Shown here: one piece after another, positions 30,166 through 40,574 of the stretch | How positions within the stretch are numbered: position 1 is the first letter of the stretch | How the letters are laid out: the number at the start of each line of letters is the position of its first letter | NCBI GenBank assembly: GCA_963839895.1 | Contig: CAWIWQ010000001.1 | Location: 626,724-690,723 of the forward strand | Reading direction: 5' to 3' | Length of the DNA stretch: 64,000 bases | From: an uncultured Verrucomicrobiae bacterium | Lineage (GTDB): Bacteria; Chlamydiota; Chlamydiia; Chlamydiales; Rhabdochlamydiaceae | Position numbers and translations under genes: made by a program | Notes under the pieces: model-generated | Seen by the model: the letters and a program-made list of their open reading frames with translations, nothing else | Databases searched by the model: none | Told to the model about the DNA's origin: nothing

Positions 30166-31179
30166 TTAGCGCCCTTCCGGCCGCGGCTTGCTTTCGTGTA
30201 AATAACTCGGCATCACTTCCACAAATTCAGCTTTGCGCTGCAATTCTTTGATGCTGCGGGCGCCACCATAGGTCAATCCGCTGCGCAAACCGCCCAGAAG
30301 TTGATCGAGTAGTTGCTTTGCCGAACCCGTAACAGGCGCCCAAAAATCGATTCCTTCTGCCACCGTTTTATCTTTGAGGCCACCGTAATAATCATTTTGG
30401 AAATCTTCGCTGGCTTGTCCGCGGAATTTCGCTTCCATTCCATGCGCTGTTTTTCGCTTCGGGGCGGCGCTCTCTTCGGTCATGGCAAATAATTTACCCA
30501 CCATCACGGTGCTCGCACCGGCTGCCAATGCTAACACGACATCACGGCTGTTGCGAATTCCCCCATCAGCAATCAAAGGCACACGCAATTTTTCGGCGAC
30601 CTTCGCGCAATCGTAGATAGCTGTCAGCTGCGGCACACCGAAACCGGTGACCATACGCGTTGTACAAGCAGCTCCAGGACCAACGCCCACTTTCACTGCA
30701 TCTGCACCGGCATTCACGAGATCGTGATAAGCCATTGCCGTACACACATTGCCGGCAATGATTTCTTTGTCGGGGTGGGTCCGTTTTAATTCGTGGATGA
30801 AATGAAACATCCGATCGGAATGCCCATGCGCCACATCGATGCAAGCCCCTATCGCACCCAGATCGAGCAAGCGCCTCGTATCTTCAATTTTGAGAATGCC
30901 GCAAGAGATGTAGGTCTTATCCTTGTATTTTTTTACCCATTGTTCTTGAACCTTGATCGGAGTGAATCGATGGAAAATGGGCAGCGATCCTGCCGCGAGT
31001 AAAATTTCCGCCAGCTCTTCACTGATCGCAGTATCCATGTTAGAACAAATAATCGGGATCTGCATTTTTCGATTTTTAGTCAGCCAAGTTTCTAGGGAAG
31101 GCTCGGTTCGCGAAGGAACGTTATTGAATTGGGGAACAAGGGCCACATCGTCAAAGGTATACGCTCTTCTAAATGACAT
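30166..31179 (-). CDS. IMP dehydrogenase / GMP reductase family protein (no CBS domain)
   Basis: [44 protein letters not shown]. Confidence 0.9.
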   Translation of the reverse strand: MSFRRAYTFDDVALVPQFNNVPSRTEPSLETWLTKNRKMQIPIICSNMDTAISEELAEILLAAGSLPIFHRFTPIKVQEQWVKKYKDKTYISCGILKIEDTRRLLDLGAIGACIDVAHGHSDRMFHFIHELKRTHPDKEIIAGNVCTAMAYHDLVNAGADAVKVGVGPGAACTTRMVTGFGVPQLTAIYDCAKVAEKLRVPLIADGGIRNSRDVVLALAAGASTVMVGKLFAMTEESAAPKRKTAHGMEAKFRGQASEDFQNDYYGGLKDKTVAEGIDFWAPVTGSAKQLLDQLLGGLRSGLTYGGARSIKELQRKAEFVEVMPSYLHESKPRPEGR

Positions 31180-31282
31180 CGTTCACACTCCATTAAAAGG
31201 CAGAATATAGCATAGCTGACCTTGCCCCCGGTAGTTAAATTTAAGGTTTTAACTAAACGTTTTTTTGTGATAATTTGCCGGT

Positions 31283-32023
31283 ATGATAAGCGTAACCGTC
31301 CTCACCAAAAACTCTCAAGAAACCCTTATCCCCACTTTGGAATCGCTTCAAAAATTTCCTGAGGTGTTGGTATACGATTCCGGGTCTACCGACGCTACTA
31401 TCGAGATCGCTAAGCGCTTTGCCAACGTTAAAGTGATTTGTGGCTCATTTACAGGCTTTGGGCCCACCCATAATGCCGCTTCAGGGCTTGCTGCCCACGA
31501 TTGGATCCTCTCCATCGATAGCGATGAGGTGCTCTCCCCTGAACTGATCGATGAGATTTTAGCGCTCAAATTAGACCCTGCGCAGACCTATCAGCTAAGT
31601 CGTAAAAATTATTTTAATGGTAAATGGATCCGCTGGTGTGGAGGCTGGCATCCCGACCCCGTAGTACGCCTATATCACCGCCAAACGTCCGGCTTTACCC
31701 ATGATGCGGTCCATGAAAAAGTGGTTACGGATAACCTGCAAGTCATTCCGCTGACCGCTCCCCTCTTGCATACCCCGTATCGTTCGATGGGTGATTTTCT
31801 GTCGAAAATGCAGACCTATACCACCCTATTTGCTCAGCAACACCGCGGCAAAAAGCACGGTTCAATGCTCAAAGCGATAGCTCATGGCTGGTTTGCCTTT
31901 TTAAAGAGTTATCTGCTCAAAAAAGGCTTTTTAGGAGGCAAAGAAGGTTTTATCATTTCAGCCTACAATGGTCATACCGCTTTTTACAAGTACCTAAAAC
32001 TGATCGAGCTCAATAAAAAATAA
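31283..32023 (+). CDS. Glycosyltransferase family 2 (KdtX/WaaE-like)
   Basis: YDSGSTD, WILSIDSDE, VHE, LLHTPY, GFLGGKEG. Confidence 0.88.
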   Translation: MISVTVLTKNSQETLIPTLESLQKFPEVLVYDSGSTDATIEIAKRFANVKVICGSFTGFGPTHNAASGLAAHDWILSIDSDEVLSPELIDEILALKLDPAQTYQLSRKNYFNGKWIRWCGGWHPDPVVRLYHRQTSGFTHDAVHEKVVTDNLQVIPLTAPLLHTPYRSMGDFLSKMQTYTTLFAQQHRGKKHGSMLKAIAHGWFAFLKSYLLKKGFLGGKEGFIISAYNGHTAFYKYLKLIELNKK

Positions 32024-34522
32024 ATGCAGAATCCAGCTTTTTGGCAATTCTCCGTCGATCAACTGTATTCAGAGCTACAAAGTCGCCGCGAAGGTTTAAG
32101 TTCAAAAGAAGCGGAAAATCGTTTAAGAACTTATGGCCCAAACAGGCTGAAACCCCCTCAGCGTGGAAAAGGAATTTTACTCTTATTTGCTCAATTTAAG
32201 AGTCCTCTCATTCTGTTATTAATCGGCGCCGCGCTGCTATCGCTGTTTCTTAGAGGTTACACCGATGCAGTGATCATTCTCGCCATCGTTGTTCTCAGTG
32301 GGCTGCTCGGTTTTTTTCAAGAACACGGCGCTATCAAATCTTTGGAAAAATTGCTTAAGCTCGTTGAAAACAAAGCGGCTGTCCTTCGCGACGGCAAAGA
32401 AGTCGAACTTCCTCTTATCGCTTTAGTTCCCGGAGATATTGTGATTTTAAACGCGGGTGATCTCGTTCCCGCTGATTGTTTAATCATCGAAGCCAATCAT
32501 TTTCTAGTCGATGAGGCAACGCTGACTGGCGAAAGTCTACCTGTCGAAAAACAGCCAGGCCTTGTTGAAATTAATGCAATCATCTCAAAGCGAACAAATT
32601 CTGTTTTTTTTGGCACCATGGTCGCTAGCGGAATCGCACGCGTAATCGTCGTAGCCACAGGAAAAAACACCGAATATGGGCGACTTTACGAACAAGTACG
32701 TAAACCCCCACCCGAAACGGCTTTTGAACTCGGCGTGCGAAAATTTAGTAATTTTCTACTGATTGTCACGCTGCTTTTGGTCGGGTCGATTTTCGCGATT
32801 AACATCCTCTTGCAAAAACCCTTCGTTGATTCTCTGTTATTTGCTTTGGCTATCGCCGTCGGTCTGACCCCGCAGTTATTACCGGCAATCATCAGCGTTA
32901 ACTTATCGCATGGCGCTAGACGCATGGCAGCGAAAAAAGTGATCGTGAAACGCCTCGCTGCGATCGAAAATTTCGGGCAAATGAATGTCTTGTGTGTCGA
33001 TAAAACCGGTACTCTCACAATCGGTAAAATCCAATTAGAAGAAGCCATTGATTACCAAGGAAAGCCCCATGAAAAAACGGCGCTCTATGGCTTTCTCAAT
33101 GCTTTTTTTCAAAAGGCTTACACTAACCCACTCGATGAAGCGATTCGAGAGAAAGTGCAATTTGCCACTCAGGAGTGGAAAAAAGTCAGCGAGATTCCTT
33201 ACGATTTCGTCCGAAAACGCCTCAGTATTCTCTTGGAAAAAGATCGCAAGAAAATCCTGATCACTAAAGGGGCCTTTCCCCAAGTTATTTCCCTTTGCGA
33301 TCGCTTGGAATTACCCGATGGAAGAGTTGTTCCCCTTCCCGAACAAAAAAGCGCAATCGAAACTTACTTCGAACATCAATCGGCGCAGGGACTTCGTCTC
33401 CTGGCAGTGGCTTATGGCGACACCCAAGAATCGGATCTCATTTTCTTAGGCTTTTTAAAATTCTCCGATCCGATTAAACCCGACATCGCAAAAACTGTCG
33501 CCGATTTAAGAAGTAAAGGCATTCAACTAAAAATCCTCACAGGTGACTATCCGGCGGTAGCTTTGCATGTAGCTGAAACACTTGGCGTCAGCAAAACCGC
33601 CTATATTGCTGGAAGTGCATTACATGACCTCGACGAAGCGGCTCTGATTAAAATCGTCAACGAAAAAGACCTCTTCGTGCAAATTGAACCGAAACAAAAA
33701 CAGCAGATCGTCGCAGCACTTCGTAAGTCGGGTAACATCGTCGGCTACATGGGCGATGGAGTAAATGATGTGTCTGCCCTACATAGTGCCGATGTCGGCA
33801 TTGCTGTCGATAGCGGCGCTGATGCCGCCAAAGAAGCTGCCGATTTTGTTCTGCTTGAAAAAGATCTATCCGTGCTGCGCTCTGGCATCGAAGAAGGACG
33901 GATCACTTTTGTCAATACCCTCAAATACATCTACATGGCCACCAGCGCCAATTTTGGCAATATGTTCAGCATGGCAGGCCTTTCTCTGTTTTTAAAATTC
34001 TTGCCCTTACTGCCCAAGCAGGTGTTGCTCGTGAATTTTCTCAGCGATTTGCCGGAAATGGCTTTAGCAACCGATCGCGTCGATTATGAAGTTGTGCAGC
34101 GCCCTGTCAAATGGAATTTGCCGATGATACGACGTTTCATGCTCGTTTTCGGGTTGCTCAGTTCACTTGCCGACTATTTAACGTTTTTCGTTTTGCTATT
34201 TTGGTTTAACTTAAATCAATCGCAAATTCGCACTGGTTGGTTCATTGAGAGCGTGGTTTCCGCTGCCCTTGTCGTGTTTGCCATCCGCACGCGAAGATTC
34301 ATGCTGCGCTCAAAACCCGGGCGGTTACTCACAGTTTCCGTGCTAGCCATTGCCATCGGAGTCCCGTTTCTCCCCTATACAGGAATCGGCAAATTATTTG
34401 GTTTTTCGCCGATTCCACTAGCCTTTTACGGTATAATGCTCGCTATCGTCGCTGTGTATCTCACATCAGTTGAGATTGCAAAGAAGTTTTTCTTTCATAG
34501 ACGCTCCTCTAAAGCTTCTTGA
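32024..34522 (+). CDS. mgtA: Magnesium-translocating P-type ATPase
   Basis: TGES, PQLLP, DKTGTLT, PYDFVRKRLS, TGD, MGDGVND, SANFGNMFS. Confidence 0.92.
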   Translation: MQNPAFWQFSVDQLYSELQSRREGLSSKEAENRLRTYGPNRLKPPQRGKGILLLFAQFKSPLILLLIGAALLSLFLRGYTDAVIILAIVVLSGLLGFFQEHGAIKSLEKLLKLVENKAAVLRDGKEVELPLIALVPGDIVILNAGDLVPADCLIIEANHFLVDEATLTGESLPVEKQPGLVEINAIISKRTNSVFFGTMVASGIARVIVVATGKNTEYGRLYEQVRKPPPETAFELGVRKFSNFLLIVTLLLVGSIFAINILLQKPFVDSLLFALAIAVGLTPQLLPAIISVNLSHGARRMAAKKVIVKRLAAIENFGQMNVLCVDKTGTLTIGKIQLEEAIDYQGKPHEKTALYGFLNAFFQKAYTNPLDEAIREKVQFATQEWKKVSEIPYDFVRKRLSILLEKDRKKILITKGAFPQVISLCDRLELPDGRVVPLPEQKSAIETYFEHQSAQGLRLLAVAYGDTQESDLIFLGFLKFSDPIKPDIAKTVADLRSKGIQLKILTGDYPAVALHVAETLGVSKTAYIAGSALHDLDEAALIKIVNEKDLFVQIEPKQKQQIVAALRKSGNIVGYMGDGVNDVSALHSADVGIAVDSGADAAKEAADFVLLEKDLSVLRSGIEEGRITFVNTLKYIYMATSANFGNMFSMAGLSLFLKFLPLLPKQVLLVNFLSDLPEMALATDRVDYEVVQRPVKWNLPMIRRFMLVFGLLSSLADYLTFFVLLFWFNLNQSQIRTGWFIESVVSAALVVFAIRTRRFMLRSKPGRLLTVSVLAIAIGVPFLPYTGIGKLFGFSPIPLAFYGIMLAIVAVYLTSVEIAKKFFFHRRSSKAS

Positions 34523-35514
34523 ATCCGTGTGGCAAAAGCTAACGCTTGCGCATCGAGTGCTTCTCTTCGTTCAAGTTGCTCTTTTTCTTCAATGGAGAGT
34601 TTCGGTTCAATCCAACGCTGCCAAAACGTTTGTTCCTCTTGAGACATAGTATCTTCTTGGCAAAAGCCCTGAGTTTCTTCACTGCTATTAGCCACGACAA
34701 TCTGCATCCCGAATGTAGGATTCAAGCTCTCTTGGCACATCAACAGGCGTAGCTGCCGATGTGAATCGGGCTGAGGCTGTGTGAGATTCTGACCTGAGGG
34801 ACGCCCATACGCTTTAGCATCGTAGAGAATGCCATTCACCAAAGAAATCGGCACTCCGATCACCAGAAAATTCGCCGTTTTCAATTGACTATAGCCGTGT
34901 AAAATCCCATCAGCCTGTTTTAAAAAATGAAAGATTTTGCGATCCGCCATTCCCCGCTTTTTCATCGATTGCTCCAGCATGTTTTTAGCGTCACCGCTAT
35001 TGTGATTGTGCCGAGAAAAAAATCCCCACCACAAAGCCGATTCCTCATTTTCGAGGCTTCCAAACAATGCATAATTACAAGAAGTGACATAGGGACGAAT
35101 GTCAGTAGCATCATCCTCAAGCCCCCTTTGAAAAGCCCGATTAACTTTACTCCTGATTGCCTCACCCGTTTGCTCATACGAAGGATCAAAGCCGCGGATA
35201 CGCTTAAAAAACCCTTTGCGATTAGCTAATTGATTTTCCACCGTCATCGCTAAGGTAAAGGGAGCCGGTTGAGCGTGAACACAAGGAAACAAACCCTTGC
35301 TGAGCATGCTGTGTTCCAGCTTCAAAATATTATAAATCAACTGTTGATGTTGTTGAGTGGAGGGAAAAGTGCTTTTTAGTGCGTGTGGTGAGTATCCATA
35401 CTCATTCTCTAAGAAGCGAATAGAGTAGTAACTGCGCGAATACACCTTAAAATCATAAGGTTGCGACGACGTTCTAGCAGAATGTGTCATGGGGCGTGTA
35501 GCGCTCATAATCAT
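34495..35514 (-). CDS. Hypothetical protein
   Basis: 339-aa ORF, no family recognised. Confidence 0.65.
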   Translation of the reverse strand: MIMSATRPMTHSARTSSQPYDFKVYSRSYYSIRFLENEYGYSPHALKSTFPSTQQHQQLIYNILKLEHSMLSKGLFPCVHAQPAPFTLAMTVENQLANRKGFFKRIRGFDPSYEQTGEAIRSKVNRAFQRGLEDDATDIRPYVTSCNYALFGSLENEESALWWGFFSRHNHNSGDAKNMLEQSMKKRGMADRKIFHFLKQADGILHGYSQLKTANFLVIGVPISLVNGILYDAKAYGRPSGQNLTQPQPDSHRQLRLLMCQESLNPTFGMQIVVANSSEETQGFCQEDTMSQEEQTFWQRWIEPKLSIEEKEQLERREALDAQALAFATRIQEALEERL

Positions 35515-35677
35515 CCTCCGTAAAACGTTTTGTTTTGTATTTGTTCGTTTTTACTAAAAACACAAAGTTAATAAGCATAATTGTTGTCATAAAATCCTCT
35601 TTAAAAATTGATTGGTTAAAAAAATATAAAAGCACATATACGGCGACCGGTTTGATTTTGTGAATTTTTTAACGGGA

Positions 35678-35975
35678 TTTTGCGCCAGGATTGGATGTGG
35701 AGATCGAAGCTAACTTGAAGAAAGTTAGTGAGATCGATCAGACTGTCCTGGCTCAAAAGATGTTATAAAAATTCCAAATAGCAAATCGGGAGCAGTATAA
35801 CTATCCGCAGTCCTTACACCTAAGTTCGGTGCGGATAACAGGCCCTGAACTTAGGTAAACTACTGGATGTTAATGAGTAAAATAGAAAGGAGAATTGAAG
35901 AAAGGCCCACGACCCCAGCTCCTGAAGGAGTAGGGACACTACGGCAAACAAAGGCTGTAGATATCGTGTGGGTCA
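35678..35975. ncRNA. Putative structured RNA/DNA element (long hairpin, H-type pseudoknot, multibranch stem)
   Basis: GCCAGGA/TCCTGGC stem; TATCCGCA(35801-08)/TGCGGATA(35829-36) interleaved with ACCTAAGTTC(35817-26)/GAACTTAGGT(35846-55); further stems 35904-35974; no long ORF. Confidence 0.4.
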
Positions 35976-36088
35976 TAAAAAAACTTAATTTTGGTTAGTT
36001 TATAAAGTTAATTATAACAATTAACTATAATTCTGTCTAGAATAATTCTTTCCGAAGAAATTATTTCTTCGGAAAGAATGGAAAAGGA

Positions 36089-36499
36089 TTAACCTGCGGC
36101 TGCGGTTCTAAGTACTGGTAGAGGAGTAGTTTCTGTTGGATAACTAAAGCGTTGTTTGAACAGGTGGTCGTAAGGCAAACATGTCGCCAAGCTAACAAAC
36201 GGGAATATTTCCAAAATAGCACGGAAGATATTTGCAAGCCCATGTAAAGAGTAAGTAATGACGATTTCCACCGCTTTATCCAACTCTCTATTTCTCCCTT
36301 CAGCTGTCGGATTAAACAGGGCTTTAATCGCGAGCAAGCTCCCCGCTGCAACTGAGCCAATAATTTCAAGTTTCCCTAAATTGGCCCGTAAAGCCCCAGA
36401 AACAGTCGATACAAGAGGAATGTAACCGGCAGTATTCAACCCTTGTTCAACATTGTATAATGCACGATCTAAACGATTTTGAATTTGATTCATATACAC
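36089..36499 (-). CDS. Small hypothetical membrane protein
   Basis: 136 aa, GYIPLVSTVSG, hydrophobic segments. Confidence 0.65.
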   Translation of the reverse strand: MYMNQIQNRLDRALYNVEQGLNTAGYIPLVSTVSGALRANLGKLEIIGSVAAGSLLAIKALFNPTAEGRNRELDKAVEIVITYSLHGLANIFRAILEIFPFVSLATCLPYDHLFKQRFSYPTETTPLPVLRTAAAG

Positions 36500-36693
36500 C
36501 TTTAAAAATAAATTTCACAGATATTATAATTAAATGACGATTTTAAAACAATCATAAACAACATTTTATTAAATTAAATTTATAAAAGTATGCGCATAAA
36601 ATACATCCTGTTAATTTTTTATTTTAAGCAAAGTGATTGATTTCCTATTTCGCGGCTGATACTATCACGCCTTTTTTCTACGCTAATAGAGTT

Positions 36694-37668
36694 ATGCAGA
36701 CAATTCAGGCTCCTCTTCAAATCCTTTGCGAATCTGCACAAGAACTCTACGCGCAAGTCTTGCAAGCAATTTGTGAAGGTGAAGAGGTCTCTTCCGTCTC
36801 CGATCCGCTATCAGTGGGATCAGCTTGGGGTAACAGAGAAAGACCAACGAAAGAACTTCGCTACGCGACATTGATTTTGGAAAATCCTAAAAATAGGTTA
36901 ATTCAAAGCCCCACTTTCCGTTTTGAAGATGTATTTCCTCGAGTTTTGTTGTGTACACTGTCGGATGAAATCGATCTAAAAACAATCAGTTTCTATAACC
37001 CGAGAGCTCATGAATTCAGCGATGATGATCAAACTATTTCTTCTAATTATGGATATCGGATTCGTCATTTAAACGAGACAAATCAAATCGAAAAAGTGAT
37101 TAGTCAATTCAAACAAGATCGCAATACTCGCAGAGCCGTAATCCACGTTCATGCCGTCAGTGATTCTGAAATAAAATACGATCCATGCATTGATTGTCTT
37201 CACTTCCTCATTCGAAATGGAAAGCTTGAATGTCAATCCTTTTGGAGAAGTGAAAATGCATTGACCCTGTTACCTACCAATCTATTCGAGTTTACTCTTC
37301 TACAAGAATTGATCGCATCAGAGCTTGATATTCCTCTTGGTCGCTATGTTCATACTGTTAGCTCTTTGCATTATTATTTGGAAGATCAGTCTAAACTCCA
37401 TCAGACCCTAGATGAATTGCGAAACAAGAAATCTCTAGATCCTATGTTGCCGATGACGTCTCATTCTCTTTCGCAGATTGAATGCTTACGAAATTTTGAA
37501 AAAGCACTGCGTCTACAGCTGAATGAGGGCAACAAGTCTTTCTCAGAGCTATCTCCTTATTGGCAAAACTTTGCCGCCGTTATCGCTTATTCGATCACAA
37601 AAAAGTTACAAATTACTGAATCGATGAATTTTTGGAAAAAAACTTCAGCTTGGTGTGACCTTATTTAG
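36694..37668 (+). CDS. Divergent thymidylate synthase superfamily protein (dUMP-hydroxymethylase-like)
   Basis: NYGYRI, DRNTRRAV, DPCID (catalytic Cys), RSENALTLLPTN, SSLHYY; start moved to in-frame ATG 36694. Confidence 0.78.
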   Translation: MQTIQAPLQILCESAQELYAQVLQAICEGEEVSSVSDPLSVGSAWGNRERPTKELRYATLILENPKNRLIQSPTFRFEDVFPRVLLCTLSDEIDLKTISFYNPRAHEFSDDDQTISSNYGYRIRHLNETNQIEKVISQFKQDRNTRRAVIHVHAVSDSEIKYDPCIDCLHFLIRNGKLECQSFWRSENALTLLPTNLFEFTLLQELIASELDIPLGRYVHTVSSLHYYLEDQSKLHQTLDELRNKKSLDPMLPMTSHSLSQIECLRNFEKALRLQLNEGNKSFSELSPYWQNFAAVIAYSITKKLQITESMNFWKKTSAWCDLI

Positions 37669-38366
37669 GTAGATTGGTCACTATGAACAAATTCCTCCTT
37701 ACTCAATATTGGAATCAAATCGGAAAGATTAGAGACAGATTTAACATGATGTTTATCAAAGTCTTCAGCTGTATATAAACCTGTTGTGACTCCAATGAAT
37801 TCAAATCCAGCGCTGTTTGCGGCCTTCATGTCAGAAAGTTGATCACCGACATACAGAACTTCGGTGGTTTGAATATTGTTCTGTGCCAACCATTCCAAAG
37901 TCGGTTCGAACACCCGAGGATCTGGCTTATGAAAAATCGTATCATCTTCCGTTTGGATATAATCGAACAAGTTTTTCGGAATTTCAAGTGTTTGAAAATC
38001 ATAATTTAAGCTTGCCTGTGTTGTTGCCGTAACAAGCCCAACTTTTATCCCCGACTGCCGAATGACATTCAAAGTATCAAGTGTATCCTTAAAAAGTTTT
38101 TTGGGAAATCTGCTACGCGTTGCGATGTTATAAGACATAGCCATATCAATATGATCAGTTTCATATAAATGCTTCATCAATACAGTGAGAGGTTTTCCCC
38201 AATGCATCGTCAACTCTTCATTTTTAAGTTTCTTGTTGTAAAATGTTTTAGCAATATATTTATGCTGCGCCCACTTTGCTTTGATCGTTCTCACAAGCGT
38301 ATCATCGTGATCAAACAAGACTATTTTGATTGCCGCTTTTAAACTTTGCTTAACCTTTGATTTCAT
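37665..38366 (-). CDS. HAD family IA hydrolase (phosphoglycolate-phosphatase-like)
   Basis: LFDHDDTL, VTAT, HKPDP, YVGDQLSD, GVTTG. Confidence 0.88.
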   Translation of the reverse strand: MKSKVKQSLKAAIKIVLFDHDDTLVRTIKAKWAQHKYIAKTFYNKKLKNEELTMHWGKPLTVLMKHLYETDHIDMAMSYNIATRSRFPKKLFKDTLDTLNVIRQSGIKVGLVTATTQASLNYDFQTLEIPKNLFDYIQTEDDTIFHKPDPRVFEPTLEWLAQNNIQTTEVLYVGDQLSDMKAANSAGFEFIGVTTGLYTAEDFDKHHVKSVSNLSDLIPILSKEEFVHSDQST

Positions 38367-38514
38367 ACCTACACCAGTTTTTTTACTCTAAAGAGCAACT
38401 ATCGTAGTCCAATAAATCTTTAAATGCTATCCATTTGATTGAGTGGACTCAAAATGCCTTTCTAAGGCTTTTTCGCTATTTTGTCGATGACTTTTCATTC
38501 GTAAAGGAGGTCTG

Positions 38515-38787
38515 CTAAATCTTGATAAGAGAAAAAAATTTTGTTCGCTTTGGAAAAATCGTGCCTGATTGTAGAACGGTTAGGGACAGCAATTCTACCA
38601 ATTCAGTAAAGGGTTTTCCCCAATGCAAGCGTAATTCTTCATCTTTCAGATTCTTATGATAAAATGTTTTGGCGATATATTTATGTTGCGCCCATTTCGA
38701 TTTGATAGTCTGAACCAAAGTATCATCGTGATCAAATAAGATAGCCTTAATTTCAGGATTTGATCTTAGATCGCGCTTAGATTTCAT
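38515..38787 (-). pseudogene. Truncated tandem duplicate of the HAD gene
   Basis: First about 65 codons match (FDHDDTLVQTIKSKWAQHKYIAKTFY..HWGKP), then similarity is lost. Confidence 0.8.
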
Positions 38788-38881
38788 AGCTGCACCTCAT
38801 TTTCAGATGTTGGGCTCTGAAGAAAGCGTATATTTTAATACAAAAAAAGCTTTAAAAGCCATGCAACAGAGCCACACTGAT

Positions 38882-39433
38882 TCAAAGTTCTACGGCTTTT
38901 ACGGTATTTTGTCGATCGGCATTTAATAGAAACGCATCGAAAATTGCATTATTTATCCCGGTATTGCCTCCAATCAAGACAAGATCTCCCGGCGACCATA
39001 TTTCCAAGTGAGTTCTGTCAGATTCAGGGACGGTCCAAACTGAGCTATCGCTCAATGCAATTTGTCCTGTCGCGGGATCCGCTGAAACGACACTCGTGCT
39101 ACCCGCCGTAGGAGGCACTACATGCCATGCGATGAGCTTTGTTCCCCTTGTCACATTTTTAATGATGATCAATGGTGGAATAAACGGCAGGTTATTTTTA
39201 TGTGTGAAAATAGCGGGGAAAGTTGCGTCATCTTTACATAGGAGCACCTGATCTCCACTCATCCAACTCTGAGAAATATGTGAAAAAAAGCCCAGCGCCT
39301 CAAATACTGTCTGATTGACAAAAGTAATGGTCGTATTATCCACGGAAGAAAGTGGGTATTGTGGGATAGTGCTTGCGATCAAAGGACTGGAAAGAAAAAG
39401 CAATGATAAGCAAATAACGATGATTTTTTTCAT
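38882..39433 (-). CDS. Exported hypothetical protein
   Basis: Signal peptide MKKIIVICLSLLFLSS from in-frame ATG 39433. Confidence 0.65.
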   Translation of the reverse strand: MKKIIVICLSLLFLSSPLIASTIPQYPLSSVDNTTITFVNQTVFEALGFFSHISQSWMSGDQVLLCKDDATFPAIFTHKNNLPFIPPLIIIKNVTRGTKLIAWHVVPPTAGSTSVVSADPATGQIALSDSSVWTVPESDRTHLEIWSPGDLVLIGGNTGINNAIFDAFLLNADRQNTVKAVEL

Positions 39434-39557
39434 TTTTGTGATCCTCAGAAAAATTTTTTCCCTTGGGCTAGGGTAGCAGTTTTGCTTGTTTCCTAACAAG
39501 TTTCATGACAATTATTTATTTGGTTTGTTATTTTGGCATTTTTAGGAGGATAGTCAG

Positions 39558-40568
39558 ATGAAACTATTTAAGCATTTCTGCATCGCATCATTGGCATGCA
39601 TCACAAGTATTTCCGCTGGGCAAAAACTCGATCATAATGCGTTATTTCTCGATGGAGAGTTTCTGTATTGGCGCCCTGATCAAACAGCGATGACCTATTG
39701 CTTAGTTGCAAATGAAACCATCACCCCTATCGGTACCAAAAACAAAGAAGTCCATCAAGATTCCAACTGGGCTCCAGGGTTTAGAGTGGGAGCTGGATAT
39801 ATTCTGGCACACACTTCGTGTGACATATCCGCATACTGGACCCGTTTTCATCACTCGATGCACAGCTCTAGTCCTTCCGGACCATTTATCTTTGGAACAC
39901 AGTTGCTTGGAGTGGGCGGTGGGCTAGTCCTTGGAGGAACGGGAGTTGACGCAGGAAAAGCTCATAGTAATTGGCATTTAAAAATGGATCTCGTCGAACT
40001 CGATTTTGGCTACAATTTATGCTTCCATGAACGATTTCTTTTGCACCCTTATATCGGCGTAGAAGGGGGTTGGGTTAACCAAAATAGAACGGTTAAATAT
40101 GATCATTTTTTTGATACATCCTCACAGATTTTTTTCGATTCTGAGATTCATCATAAAAACAATTTCCATGGCGTGGGACCCAAAATTGGCATCAATACTG
40201 ATTTCTCGCTCGGGGCCGGCTTTGGCTTGATTGGAAACTTTGCGGCAGTCTTTCTGTGTGGAAAAGCCAATAATCCAGTGAAATATGAAATAGAAGGAGA
40301 TGAAAGCAGTTTTCCACTTCCTAAAACAGTCGTGAAGTACAAACAAAACAGACTGGTTCCTGCATTGCAAGCGCAATTAGGATTAAACTGGCGGTGGAGA
40401 TTGGCCTGTCATTTTACTTTTACTCTAGGCGCGATGTATGAAGTTCAATATTTCATCGGCACATGGCGTAATCAAAACTCAGGGATTCAAAACCTGTACA
40501 TCGCCGATGCAGGCTATGGAAACCTGATGCTGCAAGGATTAACAGCCCAAGGAAAACTCACCTTCTAA
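39558..40568 (+). CDS. Lpg1974/Legionella MOMP-like outer membrane porin
   Basis: Signal peptide, GEFLYWRP, WAPGFRVGAGY, FHGVGPKIG, C-terminal GKLTF. Confidence 0.8.
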   Translation: MKLFKHFCIASLACITSISAGQKLDHNALFLDGEFLYWRPDQTAMTYCLVANETITPIGTKNKEVHQDSNWAPGFRVGAGYILAHTSCDISAYWTRFHHSMHSSSPSGPFIFGTQLLGVGGGLVLGGTGVDAGKAHSNWHLKMDLVELDFGYNLCFHERFLLHPYIGVEGGWVNQNRTVKYDHFFDTSSQIFFDSEIHHKNNFHGVGPKIGINTDFSLGAGFGLIGNFAAVFLCGKANNPVKYEIEGDESSFPLPKTVVKYKQNRLVPALQAQLGLNWRWRLACHFTFTLGAMYEVQYFIGTWRNQNSGIQNLYIADAGYGNLMLQGLTAQGKLTF

Positions 40569-40574
40569 TCAGAG

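Noticed and set aside
34495-35514. Possible ADP-ribosyltransferase-like motifs (CVHAQ, TSCNYALFG, EESA)
   Set aside because: Pattern too weak to support without a profile or structure search
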